From Patescibacteria group bacterium (GTDB lineage: Bacteria; Patescibacteriota; Patescibacteriia; 2-02-FULL-49-11), in assembly GCA_041645165.1 (NCBI GenBank), contig JBAZQN010000001.1, positions 117,971 through 181,970 on the forward strand: 64,000 nt of DNA, written 5' to 3'. Position 1 is the first letter of the stretch. Every line of letters starts with the position of its first letter. Shown here one piece after another: positions 17,967 through 28,985 of the stretch. The notes under the pieces were generated by a model. The model saw only the letters and a program-made list of their open reading frames with translations, was not told the origin of the DNA and searched no databases. Both the position numbers and the translations under genes were made by a program.

Positions 17967-18548
17967 ATGTCACGAATTGAATTTTTATTTTTGAACCTCA
18001 AGCCCGGCGTCATTCTCGATATAGGAAATTTAGGGAGAGCCAAACTTTTCCACGAGCGGCTGATTGCGGAGTTCCCTCAATCACAAATTCATGGGATTGA
18101 TATTGAAGACCAAGCCATATACGGACTGCATTTCCAGAATCAAATTGTGGGCAACGCAGAGGCAATGCCGTATCAGGATAATTATTTTGATGCCGTCTAC
18201 ATGGGTGAAGTTATAGAGCACAGCTGGGTTCCGAAGCAGATTATTGATGAATGTTACCGGGTGCTTAAAATAGGCGGCGTGCTTATCCTTGATTGTCCGA
18301 ACGTATATGCACTGTCGCGTATTCTGCGTTTTTTAGCAACCGGCCGCGACATCATTCTTGGCAGTCCGAATCATCGCATTTTTTATTCGCGTGCGATGAT
18401 GGAGAATTTGCTAGAGAAGAGCGGTTTTCAGAAAACTGAAGTCACTGCGGACAGCAAGTGCACGATAAAAAGCAGAAGTTTCAAATTGCCGCGTTTCGGC
18501 CCGTTTGCGTATCTAGGCGAACATCTGCTCGCCGCGGCGTGGAAATGA
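17967..18548 (+). CDS. Class I SAM-dependent methyltransferase
   Basis: ILDIG, FDAVYMGEVIEH, RVLKIGG. Confidence 0.85.
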   Translation: MSRIEFLFLNLKPGVILDIGNLGRAKLFHERLIAEFPQSQIHGIDIEDQAIYGLHFQNQIVGNAEAMPYQDNYFDAVYMGEVIEHSWVPKQIIDECYRVLKIGGVLILDCPNVYALSRILRFLATGRDIILGSPNHRIFYSRAMMENLLEKSGFQKTEVTADSKCTIKSRSFKLPRFGPFAYLGEHLLAAAWK

Positions 18549-18653
18549 ATTTCACTTTTTTAAAGATCGTATACTGTGGAGCGCAGGCGTCGTTGCCTGT
18601 TTTTTTTATTAGAAAAATGATAGAATAAGCGTAAATTTAACTGTCTGATCATT

Positions 18654-19703
18654 ATGAGAAACATTAATTTATTTGCGTTTCCTTTGCATCTGAAAATACC
18701 CAATGGCTATTGGGATCAGCTCTATGGCGGCATTGCGCGGGAGCGGCCGGATATCGTGCTGAAGCATAATGATTTTATGGGCCTTGCGCGCTCGTGGCGC
18801 AGCACAAACGTGGTGCATTTACACTGGCCTTCAATACTTTACGCAAGCAAGTGGCGTGTTATCTCCCTTATAAAATTTGTCATCCGTATAGGCATTATCA
18901 CATTGTCGAAACTGCGCGGCGACAGGATTATTTGGACTGTCCATAATATGCGCGATCATGAAGGGAAGAATGCGGCCTTTGACGCGCTTGCCCAACGGTT
19001 CCTGGCGCGGTACGCGGACGCGGTTATTGTCCATTCGCCCGCTGGCGTTGAGTTTCTTGCTGAAAATTACCGGAGGGCGAATGACGTCTATGTTATTCCG
19101 CATCCCAACTACGTCGGCTTCCATGGTCCGCGACTCTCGGCGCCGGATCCCTCGCTTCGCGCCGTTCTTGATTTAAAAGAGAATGACAAAGTTTTTTTAA
19201 GTTTTGGTTCAATTCGGCCTTATAAAAACCTTGAGCAGCTCATTTCACTTTTTAACAACTTGCCTGATCGCTATATTTTAGTGATTGCGGGAAAATCGTT
19301 TTATCAATCATATCTTGCCGCATTGCGTGCGTTGGTAAAAAAAAATAACGTATGCGTTGTGCCTCATTCTATTCCGAACGAAGACATACCACGCTATTTT
19401 TCATTGGTTCACGCCTCGCTTTTTGCCTTCAAAGAAGTGCTCACTTCAGGATCGATGCTGCTTTCGCTTTCCTACGGCGTTCCCGCGATTGTGCCAAAGC
19501 GCGGCGATATGCCCTCGGTGATTAAAGATGGAGTCAATGGATTTTTATATAAGAATGGACAGGAACTTGACGCACGCATAAGATACATGGGAAGTTTGGA
19601 TAACGCGGCGCTCTTAAGACTGCAGGAAAGCACTTTACGGGAAACGGTATCGATTTCATTGGATGCCATTGTCCATGCTACACTGGGAGTATATGGCATT
19701 TAA
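18654..19703 (+). CDS. Glycosyltransferase family 4-like
   Basis: VHLHWP, WTVHN, FGSIRPYKNLE, TSGSMLLSLSYG. Confidence 0.85.
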   Translation: MRNINLFAFPLHLKIPNGYWDQLYGGIARERPDIVLKHNDFMGLARSWRSTNVVHLHWPSILYASKWRVISLIKFVIRIGIITLSKLRGDRIIWTVHNMRDHEGKNAAFDALAQRFLARYADAVIVHSPAGVEFLAENYRRANDVYVIPHPNYVGFHGPRLSAPDPSLRAVLDLKENDKVFLSFGSIRPYKNLEQLISLFNNLPDRYILVIAGKSFYQSYLAALRALVKKNNVCVVPHSIPNEDIPRYFSLVHASLFAFKEVLTSGSMLLSLSYGVPAIVPKRGDMPSVIKDGVNGFLYKNGQELDARIRYMGSLDNAALLRLQESTLRETVSISLDAIVHATLGVYGI

Positions 19704-19709
19704 TATATA

Positions 19710-19883
19710 TTGAATTGCTAACCTAATTCCGATAATGTCATTCCTGACCGAGATCAGGAATCCAGACAAAAAATAAACAAAAATCATTTTTCTTTTGGTT
19801 TTCTGGATTCCCGCCGGAGTTTACCCCGTACCGTGATACGGGGCGGGAATGACATTAGAGTCGGAATTTGAAGAGCAATTGAA
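19710..19883. repeat. REPIN-like long palindromic element with nested hairpin
   Basis: AATGTCATTCCTGA..TCAGGAATCCAG ... CTGGATTCCCGCC..GGCGGGAATGACATT; outer arms AATTCCGA/TCGGAATT. Confidence 0.7.
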
Positions 19884-19891
19884 TATAATAT

Positions 19892-20590
19892 ATGGACCCT
19901 AAGGCCTTCTATGACTCCGTGTATGCAAGCAAAGGGGACCGCGCCATGCGCCCGCGATGGGTATATGAACGGTGGTTCAGGTTATTAGGCAATACACAAA
20001 CTTACCAATCATTGCTTGATGTCGGGTGCGGCACGGGGTTGTTTTTGCAAGTGGCTACGGAGCAGGGCTTGGCTGCCACAGGCCTTGATTTATCGGATGC
20101 CGCGGTCGCGCTCTCAAAGAAAAATTCGCCCCACTCCACAGTGGTGCAGGGGAGCGGGGAACGTCTGCCCTTTCTCGATAAGCAGTTTGACTATGTGTGT
20201 TGTCTGGGGAGTTTGGAGCACTACAGCGATCCTCTAAAGGGGCTTCGTGAATTGGTGAGGGTTGCGAAAGACGATGCGAAATTTCTTATTATACTGCCGA
20301 ATGACAATTACCTTTTTTGGAAGTTAAAAAAAATAAAAAAAGGAACTGCGCAGAGGGAATTTGAAGTATTAAAAAATTTTGATGGATGGAAGCGTTTTTT
20401 GGATGAAGGGGGATTGGAAATACTGCACATATATCAGGATAAATATCCTTCAGAGGAGCTGCGCATATTTCAATTTAAAAATCCCTACAAGATACTGCGG
20501 CGAGTGCTCTATAAAATGATTTGGCTTATGATGCCGTTGAAGTACACGTATCAATTTGTTTTTATTTTACAGAAAAATTTTTATACGTGA
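19892..20590 (+). CDS. Class I SAM-dependent methyltransferase
   Basis: LLDVGCGTG, FDYVCCLGSLEH. Confidence 0.88.
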   Translation: MDPKAFYDSVYASKGDRAMRPRWVYERWFRLLGNTQTYQSLLDVGCGTGLFLQVATEQGLAATGLDLSDAAVALSKKNSPHSTVVQGSGERLPFLDKQFDYVCCLGSLEHYSDPLKGLRELVRVAKDDAKFLIILPNDNYLFWKLKKIKKGTAQREFEVLKNFDGWKRFLDEGGLEILHIYQDKYPSEELRIFQFKNPYKILRRVLYKMIWLMMPLKYTYQFVFILQKNFYT

Positions 20591-20603
20591 AACGTATATA
20601 AAT

Positions 20604-21545
20604 ATGAAAAAATATATTAGAAAATTATTAAGTTTTATTATCTTATTATTCAATAAAACACATTGGATCGTTAGCCTCATCTTATGGCCATTGGCAAAAA
20701 GAGGATTGGGTCAAAATTACCTCGAAGTCGTACAAATCGGTGATGGCATTAAATTGAAGGTGTATTCTGATATGTATGATATGGTGAATAAAGTATTGAT
20801 GTTTTATTCTGATTTTGTGACTTATGCGTGGGAGCCTGTAACCACCAGATTATTTCAAAAATTAATTAAAGGGAAGAAGTGTATTGTAATAGCCGGCGCC
20901 CATTTGGGATATTATCCCCTCATTGCAGCTCGTTTTAATATCAATGCAATAATTTATGCGTTTGAGCCTGTTACATATATATATGATCGCTTTATACAAA
21001 ATATAGAACTAAATCATTTTCTAAATATTCGAGCGGAACCACAAGCGCTATCCAATCAAAATAGCGAAACTGACATCATCAAAGCGGACGGCGGTTCCAC
21101 AATCATCCTGTCCCAATATCCATCCTTAAATAAAGGAAAAGAAAAGTGCCATTGCGTTACTATTGATGATTATTTTAACGATAAAGATGAGAAACCAGAT
21201 TTTATGCTGTTGGATGTTGAAGGTAGTGAATACCGAGCATTAGCGGGAGCAGAACAAGTGCTTAAAGTATTTCACCCAGATATTATATTCGAAATATATT
21301 TAAAAGATACTGCACAAGCCGATACTATTGTTCTACCTGCTCAATTGTTAGACAGGCATGGCTATGAATTATATGTAATTCATGAACAAAACGAACCTAT
21401 GCTTATAGGAGAGAATTTTCCCATTGTACTATCACGGCTGCGAGTTGACGATGTCCGACATCTCAAGGGTGCGTACGTTAATATTTTAGCCACTCGTGAT
21501 CGTAAGAAGATAAAACTGATGTTTCCAAGTATTTCTGGCATATAA
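20604..21545 (+). CDS. FkbM-family methyltransferase
   Basis: GAHLGYY, YAFEP, LDVEGSE. Confidence 0.85.
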   Translation: MKKYIRKLLSFIILLFNKTHWIVSLILWPLAKRGLGQNYLEVVQIGDGIKLKVYSDMYDMVNKVLMFYSDFVTYAWEPVTTRLFQKLIKGKKCIVIAGAHLGYYPLIAARFNINAIIYAFEPVTYIYDRFIQNIELNHFLNIRAEPQALSNQNSETDIIKADGGSTIILSQYPSLNKGKEKCHCVTIDDYFNDKDEKPDFMLLDVEGSEYRALAGAEQVLKVFHPDIIFEIYLKDTAQADTIVLPAQLLDRHGYELYVIHEQNEPMLIGENFPIVLSRLRVDDVRHLKGAYVNILATRDRKKIKLMFPSISGI

Positions 21546-21684
21546 TACGAGCGGGAATATACAATGTTAACCATACTATTCGTATGAGAAGAGTCATTAC
21601 ACGGGATTATTCTGTAGGTATGGCAAAAGTATTTATGTGAATAAAAATTGTTTATTCCCTATAGTATATAGAGAATTTATTTCC

Positions 21685-22887
21685 ATGAAGTTAATTTATT
21701 TTGCCAATATACGCCTGCCTACGGAAAAAGCGTATGGCATACAGATAATGAAAATGTGTGATGCTTTTTCACACGCAGGCGCGGAAGTGACGCTGGTGAT
21801 CCCCACGCGCGCGAATCCCGGATTTAACGGTGTCAATCCTTTTGACTATTATGGGGTGAAACGATCTTTTGCGTTACAACGCATTAAAACGTTTGATCCT
21901 TGGTGGCTGATACGATTGCCGCAAGGCATCTATATTAAGGTTCAAGGATTTCTTTTTATATTCAAATTATATTTATGGTTCTTTATTCACAATATATATT
22001 CAAAATACGATGTCGCGTATACCCGTGATGAGTATCTCTTGCCGCTCCTGCATAAATTTTTTCCGCGTGTGGTGTGGGAAGCGCACAATTTACCAAGTCA
22101 TCCGCAGCGCTATATCAAAGCATGGCGAAAATGCCGGTACATTGTCGCAATTACCAAGGGGCTTAAGGACGCATTAGTGAAACAAGGCGTACACCCTGAT
22201 CACATAATGGTGGCGCCGGATGGAGTAGACCTTGAAAAGTTCACCCGGTCATCCGACCGGGTGCCCAGTCGAATGACTGGGCAAGTTCAACCCTTCGACT
22301 CGGCTCAGGGTGACAGGGATGAGTTACGGAGGCAATTAGGTTTACCGACAGACAAAAAGATTATCCTTTATAGCGGCCATTTATATGAACGGAAAGGCGC
22401 GCAAATGCTCGCTGATGCGATCCGTTTGCTCGATGATCGCTTTCTTGCGGTAATTGTGGGCGGCACACCTCATGATATCGAGAGATTTGCGATACGCAAT
22501 ATGGATACATTCCGTATAAAAATTGTCGGTTATCAGCCCCATGCGCTCATCCCGCGTTATCTCAATGCGGCAGACGCGCTGGTATTGCCGAATTCTGCAA
22601 AAAACGATGATGCAAAATTATTCACTTCACCCATGAAATTATTCGAATACATGACCGCGCACGCCCCTCTTATTGCGTCCCGCGTGCCTGCGCTGCAGGA
22701 AATATTAAATGACCATAATGCAGTTTTTTTTAATCCGGATGATCCGCGCGATCTCGCCAATGTTATTCAAAAGGTAATTGATAACCCAGATCTCTATAAT
22801 GCATATTGGCAGCAGGCGAATAAAGACGTCATGCAGTATACATGGCTTAAGCGGGCACAGCGTATCTTCACTACAATCATCAAATAA
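21685..22887 (+). CDS. Glycosyltransferase family 4 with palindrome-derived insertion
   Basis: RLPTEKAYGIQIMKMC, APDGVD, TSPMKLFEYM. Confidence 0.9.
   Translation: MKLIYFANIRLPTEKAYGIQIMKMCDAFSHAGAEVTLVIPTRANPGFNGVNPFDYYGVKRSFALQRIKTFDPWWLIRLPQGIYIKVQGFLFIFKLYLWFFIHNIYSKYDVAYTRDEYLLPLLHKFFPRVVWEAHNLPSHPQRYIKAWRKCRYIVAITKGLKDALVKQGVHPDHIMVAPDGVDLEKFTRSSDRVPSRMTGQVQPFDSAQGDRDELRRQLGLPTDKKIILYSGHLYERKGAQMLADAIRLLDDRFLAVIVGGTPHDIERFAIRNMDTFRIKIVGYQPHALIPRYLNAADALVLPNSAKNDDAKLFTSPMKLFEYMTAHAPLIASRVPALQEILNDHNAVFFNPDDPRDLANVIQKVIDNPDLYNAYWQQANKDVMQYTWLKRAQRIFTTIIK
22242..22310. repeat. Double-hairpin element plus CCCTTCGAC..GCTCAGGG element inside CDS
   Basis: CACCCGGTC-ATCC-GACCGGGTG, GCCCAGTC-GAAT-GACTGGGC; homolog in gltX at 63263-63303. 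Confidence 0.8.
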
Positions 22888-22892
22888 ATAAT

Positions 22893-23492
22893 ATGTTCAA
22901 TAAATTTCGAGATTTACTAGCCAAAAAACCATGGATTTTCAATGTGCTAAGAAATATTATTGAATTTAATTTTACCAAAGAAAAGGAGCTTATCCGAAAG
23001 GCCTTTGGCGATAGTGCGGGGAAGACGATACTCGATATTGGCTGCGGCACTGGCACGTTTGCGCCACTTTTTGTGGATGATATCTATTATGGCATAGATC
23101 TATCGCCAGATTATATTCAGCATGCAAAAAAAAATAAAAAGGGTACTTTCAAAATTATGAATGCAACCCAATTGGAATTTCCTGATGAGAAGTTCGATTA
23201 CGCGCTCATCATGGCCGTTTTACACCATTGTGACTCTGAAACGGTTCAGCAAATTTTACGAGAAACACGTCGTGTATTAAAAACTCAAGGGAAAGCGCTA
23301 GTGATTGAGGTCAGCCATAGCACTGAAATGGACAACTTTATTTTTCGTTTCTTGAGGAAATTTGATAAAGGAGATTATATCCGCTCTCCACAAGAATACG
23401 CGCAACTCATTTTAAATAATTTTAAAATTGACAAGGAAATGACTTTTCGCAGCGGATTATATGTCTATCACAGCTTCGAGGTGTATAAATAG
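22893..23492 (+). CDS. Class I SAM-dependent methyltransferase
   Basis: ILDIGCGTG, FDYALIMAVLHH. Confidence 0.88.
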   Translation: MFNKFRDLLAKKPWIFNVLRNIIEFNFTKEKELIRKAFGDSAGKTILDIGCGTGTFAPLFVDDIYYGIDLSPDYIQHAKKNKKGTFKIMNATQLEFPDEKFDYALIMAVLHHCDSETVQQILRETRRVLKTQGKALVIEVSHSTEMDNFIFRFLRKFDKGDYIRSPQEYAQLILNNFKIDKEMTFRSGLYVYHSFEVYK

Positions 23493-23497
23493 GGAAT

Positions 23498-24235
23498 ATG
23501 GCATCAGTGACTCCTCTCACGTCTGAATTATCGATAGTGATCCTCTGTTACCGAGCAGGAGACGCAGTCCGTGATTTCATTTCACGTACCATCGTAATCC
23601 TTGCAGAAGGCGGTATTCCAGACTATGAGCTTGTATTGGTAGGCAATTTTATGGAAGGCTCTGGAGACCGCACTCCACGCATCGTAGCAGAATTAGCGGC
23701 GACCTATCCGAAAGTGGTATATCTGGCAGAACCAAAACAGGGAATGATGGGATGGGATATGAGAAAAGGTTTGGAGAAAGCGAGAGGCGCCTATCTTGCG
23801 GTCATTGACGGTGATGGGCAAATGCCGATTGCGGATTTAGTAAAAGTATATACAAAAATTAAAAATGAGCGACTTGATATGGTTAAAACATATCGTCTGC
23901 AAAGAGGAGATAGTATTTTAAGAAAAACAATTTCTTTTATTTATAATTTATTTTTTCATGCGCTTTTCCCTGGGTTAAATGTACGGGATATCAACGCGAA
24001 ACCGAAAATATTCACTCGTGCGGTCTATGAACGCATGTGGCTGGAATCAAATGACTGGTTTATTGACGCAGAAATTATGATCGAAGCACGGCGTCTGCAC
24101 TTGCGTATAGGAGAAATACCCACAGTTTTTTTGGGACTTACGGGACGCAGGTCATTTGTGAAAATGAGAGCGATAAATGAATTTTTAATAAATTTAATAC
24201 GCTATAGGATAAGAGAATTTCGGCGTACAAAATAA
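23498..24235 (+). CDS. Glycosyltransferase family 2 (DPM1-like)
   Basis: LSIVILCY, IDGDGQ, DWFIDAE. Confidence 0.88.
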   Translation: MASVTPLTSELSIVILCYRAGDAVRDFISRTIVILAEGGIPDYELVLVGNFMEGSGDRTPRIVAELAATYPKVVYLAEPKQGMMGWDMRKGLEKARGAYLAVIDGDGQMPIADLVKVYTKIKNERLDMVKTYRLQRGDSILRKTISFIYNLFFHALFPGLNVRDINAKPKIFTRAVYERMWLESNDWFIDAEIMIEARRLHLRIGEIPTVFLGLTGRRSFVKMRAINEFLINLIRYRIREFRRTK

Positions 24236-24237
24236 GA

Positions 24238-26061
24238 ATGAAATATAGTATGCAGGATACATTTATGCCGCAAATAAAAAAAGTGTGCATATTTTTATAT
24301 ACTAGTTGGTTGTCTCGTTTTTTTAAACCCCTCTTTATTTTTTGTCGGGCGCACGCGGGCGCATTGTTCCTCTCTTTATTCATCGGAATGATAACGATAG
24401 CGCCACAGCTTATTTTCCAGTCAACGCTAGGGGAGCGCTACCAAGGTATTTATTTGGGCGGTACCGATAATGAAGACTATTATGCGGGAAGGGTGCGGGA
24501 AGCGTTCGACGGGCACTATGCTATAGGCAACGCATTTCTTTATGAAGGCCGTGACGCACTTTTTTTGCAGCCACCTTTGGGTGAATTATTATTTTTACCC
24601 CTTGGCGCTCTGTTCTCTTTTAATCCAGTGACGACTCTCTTCTGGGGCTCGCGTTTTGTTTTTCCCTTATTATTAACGTTCATTATATATTATTTCATTT
24701 ATCTGCTTTTTTCGTCTAAGTTATTAGCGCTTGCCGTAAGCAGCAGTATCGTGCTTGCTTCGCAATTTGTATATTTTCCTAAACAATTATTTAATTTAAT
24801 TCCCACGCAGTTTGGTGCTTTTTCTATTGATAGTTTTCTTACCTATTCCCGCCCTGTGCTTCCCCAAACAAGCACGCTATTTTTTTTCCTATTTTTATTA
24901 TTATTTTTCTTGCTCCTTAACAAGCGTACGATGGTATGGCATTGTTATCCGATAGGCATACTGTATGGGTTGAGTATCTATCTCTATCTTTATAACTGGA
25001 TTTTCCTTACTGTTTTTTGCATTATTATTATAGGGTTTTACGTCTGGTGGAAAGATAAGGAAATGGTAAAGGCATTGATGCGATTTTTTTTCTGCGGGAT
25101 AATTATCACCCTGCCCTTCTGGTTTGTCATGTTAAAAAATGCGAATTCACCATTTTGGGTTGAGACGGCGGCACGATATAATATATATGGGTCCCATGAC
25201 TTCGTATTCAGCAAACTGTTGGCTATAAGCCTTATAGGATGGCTTGCCGCGAATTACCGGAAATTGAAAGATCCTGCAGTCCACCTGATACTCGCCCTTA
25301 TATTAAGCGGATTTGTGGTAATTAATCAGCAAATCATCACTGGGAGAGTTTTATTTTACGGGCATTTTCATTGGTATTTCAACGTTCCAATTTTTATTAT
25401 AGCCATGCTCTATTTAGCGCATATGCTTAGTGTACGGGTAGCTCCTCTGCTGAATAAAATAATGGTGATAATTATTCTTAGCGTGAGCATCGGTTCCGCC
25501 ACTATGATTCAAGCGAAAAGCCTGGAAACGAGAGCCCAAGGCTATATGGCGCAGCAGGATTGGGGTGGCGTATATCTGTGGCTGGATAAAAATCTCCCTT
25601 TGGAGTCGGTTATCTTAAGCAATAATAGAAGTTTTTCAAATGCGATTCCCACCTATACTAAACATTATCCCTATGACGGGATATATGCGCATTTGTTTTT
25701 GGCTGATCCGGAACGATTAAAGTATAATATATTTATTTATCTTTGGTTGCGCGGCCTGAAAGCGGACAAAGCGGGCGAATATTTTTCACACACACCGCAT
25801 GAAATCATTGGATACCTTGGTGCGGCAAGGGTGAGGCGCGTCTATGGATGCACCGTCTGCGTGCCCGCAGATATTTTACACGGCTTTGCGGATGAATATG
25901 TCCGTTTTATCGAGCAACGACGCTATGAGCAACTTGCGCAATATAAACTAGACATATTTGCATGGGATAGGCGCGAGGATGGCGCAGTGCCGGAATATTT
26001 ACTCACCAGGTTTACATTCGTTACAAGGGTGAATAATTTTGACATTTATCGCATTCATTAA
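24238..26061 (+). CDS. Multi-pass membrane protein, probable GT-C glycosyltransferase
   Basis: About 12 TM helices, acidic DNEDYY loop after TM1, glycan-locus context. Confidence 0.6.
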   Translation: MKYSMQDTFMPQIKKVCIFLYTSWLSRFFKPLFIFCRAHAGALFLSLFIGMITIAPQLIFQSTLGERYQGIYLGGTDNEDYYAGRVREAFDGHYAIGNAFLYEGRDALFLQPPLGELLFLPLGALFSFNPVTTLFWGSRFVFPLLLTFIIYYFIYLLFSSKLLALAVSSSIVLASQFVYFPKQLFNLIPTQFGAFSIDSFLTYSRPVLPQTSTLFFFLFLLLFFLLLNKRTMVWHCYPIGILYGLSIYLYLYNWIFLTVFCIIIIGFYVWWKDKEMVKALMRFFFCGIIITLPFWFVMLKNANSPFWVETAARYNIYGSHDFVFSKLLAISLIGWLAANYRKLKDPAVHLILALILSGFVVINQQIITGRVLFYGHFHWYFNVPIFIIAMLYLAHMLSVRVAPLLNKIMVIIILSVSIGSATMIQAKSLETRAQGYMAQQDWGGVYLWLDKNLPLESVILSNNRSFSNAIPTYTKHYPYDGIYAHLFLADPERLKYNIFIYLWLRGLKADKAGEYFSHTPHEIIGYLGAARVRRVYGCTVCVPADILHGFADEYVRFIEQRRYEQLAQYKLDIFAWDRREDGAVPEYLLTRFTFVTRVNNFDIYRIH

Positions 26062-26083
26062 CTATATAACCTAAATACCTATT

Positions 26084-27667
26084 ATGACTCAAGATGCGCA
26101 TCAGAAAAAAACAGCGATTATCATAGGCGCAGGCCCAGCAGGCTTAACTGTTGCATGGGAATTGCTGACAAGAACTGATATAACTCCCATAATCCTTGAA
26201 AAAAGCAATATGATCGGCGGATTAGCGCGTTCTATTGATTATAAAGGTAACCGTATGGATATCGGGCCGCATCGTTTTTTTTCAAAGTCCGATCGTGTCA
26301 TGCGCTGGTGGCTTGGGCATTTGCCGTTACAGCATGTGGACAATATGGAGTTTATCCGATCTTATCAAACGAAACTGGGCATCACGAATCAAAATCAGCG
26401 CCTTGATCCCGAGACAACTGATTTAGTTATGCTTTTGCGCAATCGGAAGACGAGAATATATTTTTTAATGGATCTGTTCCCTTATCCGATTGCGTTAAAT
26501 ATGGTTATGCTTCTAAGGCTCGGTTTTTATAAAATTTTGCGCATCGGCATCAGTTATGTATACAGTATATTATTTCCCATAAAACCAATGAAAAATTTGG
26601 AGGATTTTTATATTAACCGTTTTGGAAAGGAACTCTATTTAACTTTTTTTAAATCATATACAGAGAAATTATGGGGATTATCATGCCGCGAGATCAGTGC
26701 GGAGTGGGGAGCGCAGCGCGTAAAAGGCCTTTCGGTGGGGAATGCGCTGAAAGATTTTATTATGAAACTGATACATAAAAATAAAAGCATAGACCAAAAA
26801 AAGACTGAAACGTCGCTCATTGAATGGTTTTTGTATCCTAAGCGCGGTGCGGGACAAATGTGGGAAACAGTAGCGGATAAAATACGGCAAAGGGGAGGTG
26901 AGATTATCATGAATTTTAATGTCGATAAAATTTATCAAAAGGAGCATACTGTAATAGCAATTGGTGGTCATAGTCTCATTGAAGGACAAAAAAAAGAATG
27001 GCAAGGAGATTACTTTTTTTCGACAATGCCGGTGCAAGAATTGACAAAATCATTTATGGGAGAAGTCGATCAGGAGGTAAGAGAAATCAGTGATGGGCTG
27101 CGTTATCGTGATATAATTCTTATTGGTTTATTATTGAAACGCCTATTATTAACTGATAAAGAATATCCCCACGAACTAATACGTGACAATTGGTTATATA
27201 TTCAGGAACCCAATGTGCAGGTGGCGAGGATACAAATATGCAATAATATGAGTCCTTATCTCGTGGCAGCCCCGGGGCTCGTATGGATAGGGGCAGAATA
27301 TTTTTGTCAGGTTGGCGACAATATGTGGGAGCGCGATGATGCTTCTTTAGTGCAAATGGCGCAAAAGGAATTGGAAAAAATTGGGATAATCGCAGAAAGA
27401 GATACAGTTGACGGGGTGGTCATACGCCAGGAGAAGGCGTACCCGGTTTATTTCGGCGCATATCAGCAGTTTGAAACGGTGAGGAAATTTTATGACCAAT
27501 TCGACAACCTATTTTTGCTGGGCCGCAATGGCATGCATAAATATAATAATCAAGATCACTCTATGCTCACCGCCATGGTAGCAGTGGACAATATCATTCA
27601 TCATCGCCAAAACAAGGAAAATATTTGGGCGGTGAATACGGAGAAAGAGTATCATGAGGAAAAGTAA
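26084..27667 (+). CDS. FAD-dependent oxidoreductase (UDP-galactopyranose mutase / amine oxidase-like)
   Basis: [32 protein letters not shown]. Confidence 0.85.
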   Translation: MTQDAHQKKTAIIIGAGPAGLTVAWELLTRTDITPIILEKSNMIGGLARSIDYKGNRMDIGPHRFFSKSDRVMRWWLGHLPLQHVDNMEFIRSYQTKLGITNQNQRLDPETTDLVMLLRNRKTRIYFLMDLFPYPIALNMVMLLRLGFYKILRIGISYVYSILFPIKPMKNLEDFYINRFGKELYLTFFKSYTEKLWGLSCREISAEWGAQRVKGLSVGNALKDFIMKLIHKNKSIDQKKTETSLIEWFLYPKRGAGQMWETVADKIRQRGGEIIMNFNVDKIYQKEHTVIAIGGHSLIEGQKKEWQGDYFFSTMPVQELTKSFMGEVDQEVREISDGLRYRDIILIGLLLKRLLLTDKEYPHELIRDNWLYIQEPNVQVARIQICNNMSPYLVAAPGLVWIGAEYFCQVGDNMWERDDASLVQMAQKELEKIGIIAERDTVDGVVIRQEKAYPVYFGAYQQFETVRKFYDQFDNLFLLGRNGMHKYNNQDHSMLTAMVAVDNIIHHRQNKENIWAVNTEKEYHEEK

Positions 27668-28985
27668 TTTATTTTCATCGTTCCCCATGGTAGGGTGGCT
27701 CATATTGTTATCTTTAGCCATTCGGCTTTGTTTATTTGCAATATATCAGCCATGGCAAGAGATTACCCTGCAAAAAATATTAATTTCCGATGCCCTGCAG
27801 TACTATCAGTTGGCAGAACGCATTCTCTCCGATATTTCATTATCAACTTTCGGCACGTTCCGCACTCCTCTTTACCCTCTCTATCTTGCAGTCATTTTTG
27901 CGGTTATAGGCAGTAAGGTTTGGGCGGCGCTTTTATTCCAAATTTTTTTTGATGTCGGTACGACCATCCTTGTATACCTGCTGGCAAAGGAGATATTCGC
28001 GTCACAGAAAACAGCGCATTATGCCATGTTGTTCTACAGCATTGATTTATTGGCAGCAGCCCAGACGTTGCAGCTCATGACTGAAACTATTTTTACGTTT
28101 ATCTTTACGGGCGCGGTATTGGCCACGGTTTATGCATTGAAACGGGATAATATTAAATATTATGCTTTGGGTGGAATGTATCTGGGGTTAGCAACGCTAG
28201 TTCGCCCCGTAGCTCAATATTTGGGACTCATCCTGACTTTTTTTATACCTTTTTCACGCAAGCTATTTAGTCGTGCAGTGGTATATATCGGATTTTTTTT
28301 CCTCATCCTTTCATTTTGGCAAATAAGAAATTATTTCAATTTTGGGCACTATGCTCTCTCTACCATCGAAGGCTACAATCTTTTGGAATATAATGTCGCA
28401 AAGGTAAAATCGTTAGTGGAGCATGTCAGCCTTGATGAATCAAGGTACGAATTGAACAAGCTCGTAGATCCCACGATTACCAATCCATTCAGCCGCGCAT
28501 CGGTGCAACAAAAAATAGCCGTTTCCTATATTCTCGCCCATCCTTGGTGGTATAGTTATTATCATATAAAGGGAGGCGCAAATATGATGTTAGGGACTGC
28601 GAAGGTCAGCTTATTGCCCGTATTAAAAATACCTCCCTTTATAAGAAGTGATACCACTCTTAGTGAAAATCTTTTTACCAGAATTGAGAGAACCATATCT
28701 ACCGCAAGGCAGGAATATTGGCTCACACCCATCCTATTTATCATGCAATTAATTGAATATGTATTATGTGCGATAGGTTTTACAGTAATGAGGAAAACCG
28801 ATAATAGATATTTAATGTTATTAATTGCGATGATACTGGTTTATTTCTTTCTCGCAACTGGCGTAGTGGGAACCGCGCGGTATCGTGCCCCGGTCATCCC
28901 CTTATATCTTATCATGAGCGCGTATGGGTTTGAGCGAGTAATAAATTATTATAGACAGAAGAATCTTTTACGGCGTGTGTTATGA
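27654..28985 (+). CDS. ArnT/PMT-like GT-C glycosyltransferase
   Basis: [38 protein letters not shown]. Confidence 0.8.
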   Translation: MRKSNLFSSFPMVGWLILLSLAIRLCLFAIYQPWQEITLQKILISDALQYYQLAERILSDISLSTFGTFRTPLYPLYLAVIFAVIGSKVWAALLFQIFFDVGTTILVYLLAKEIFASQKTAHYAMLFYSIDLLAAAQTLQLMTETIFTFIFTGAVLATVYALKRDNIKYYALGGMYLGLATLVRPVAQYLGLILTFFIPFSRKLFSRAVVYIGFFFLILSFWQIRNYFNFGHYALSTIEGYNLLEYNVAKVKSLVEHVSLDESRYELNKLVDPTITNPFSRASVQQKIAVSYILAHPWWYSYYHIKGGANMMLGTAKVSLLPVLKIPPFIRSDTTLSENLFTRIERTISTARQEYWLTPILFIMQLIEYVLCAIGFTVMRKTDNRYLMLLIAMILVYFFLATGVVGTARYRAPVIPLYLIMSAYGFERVINYYRQKNLLRRVL

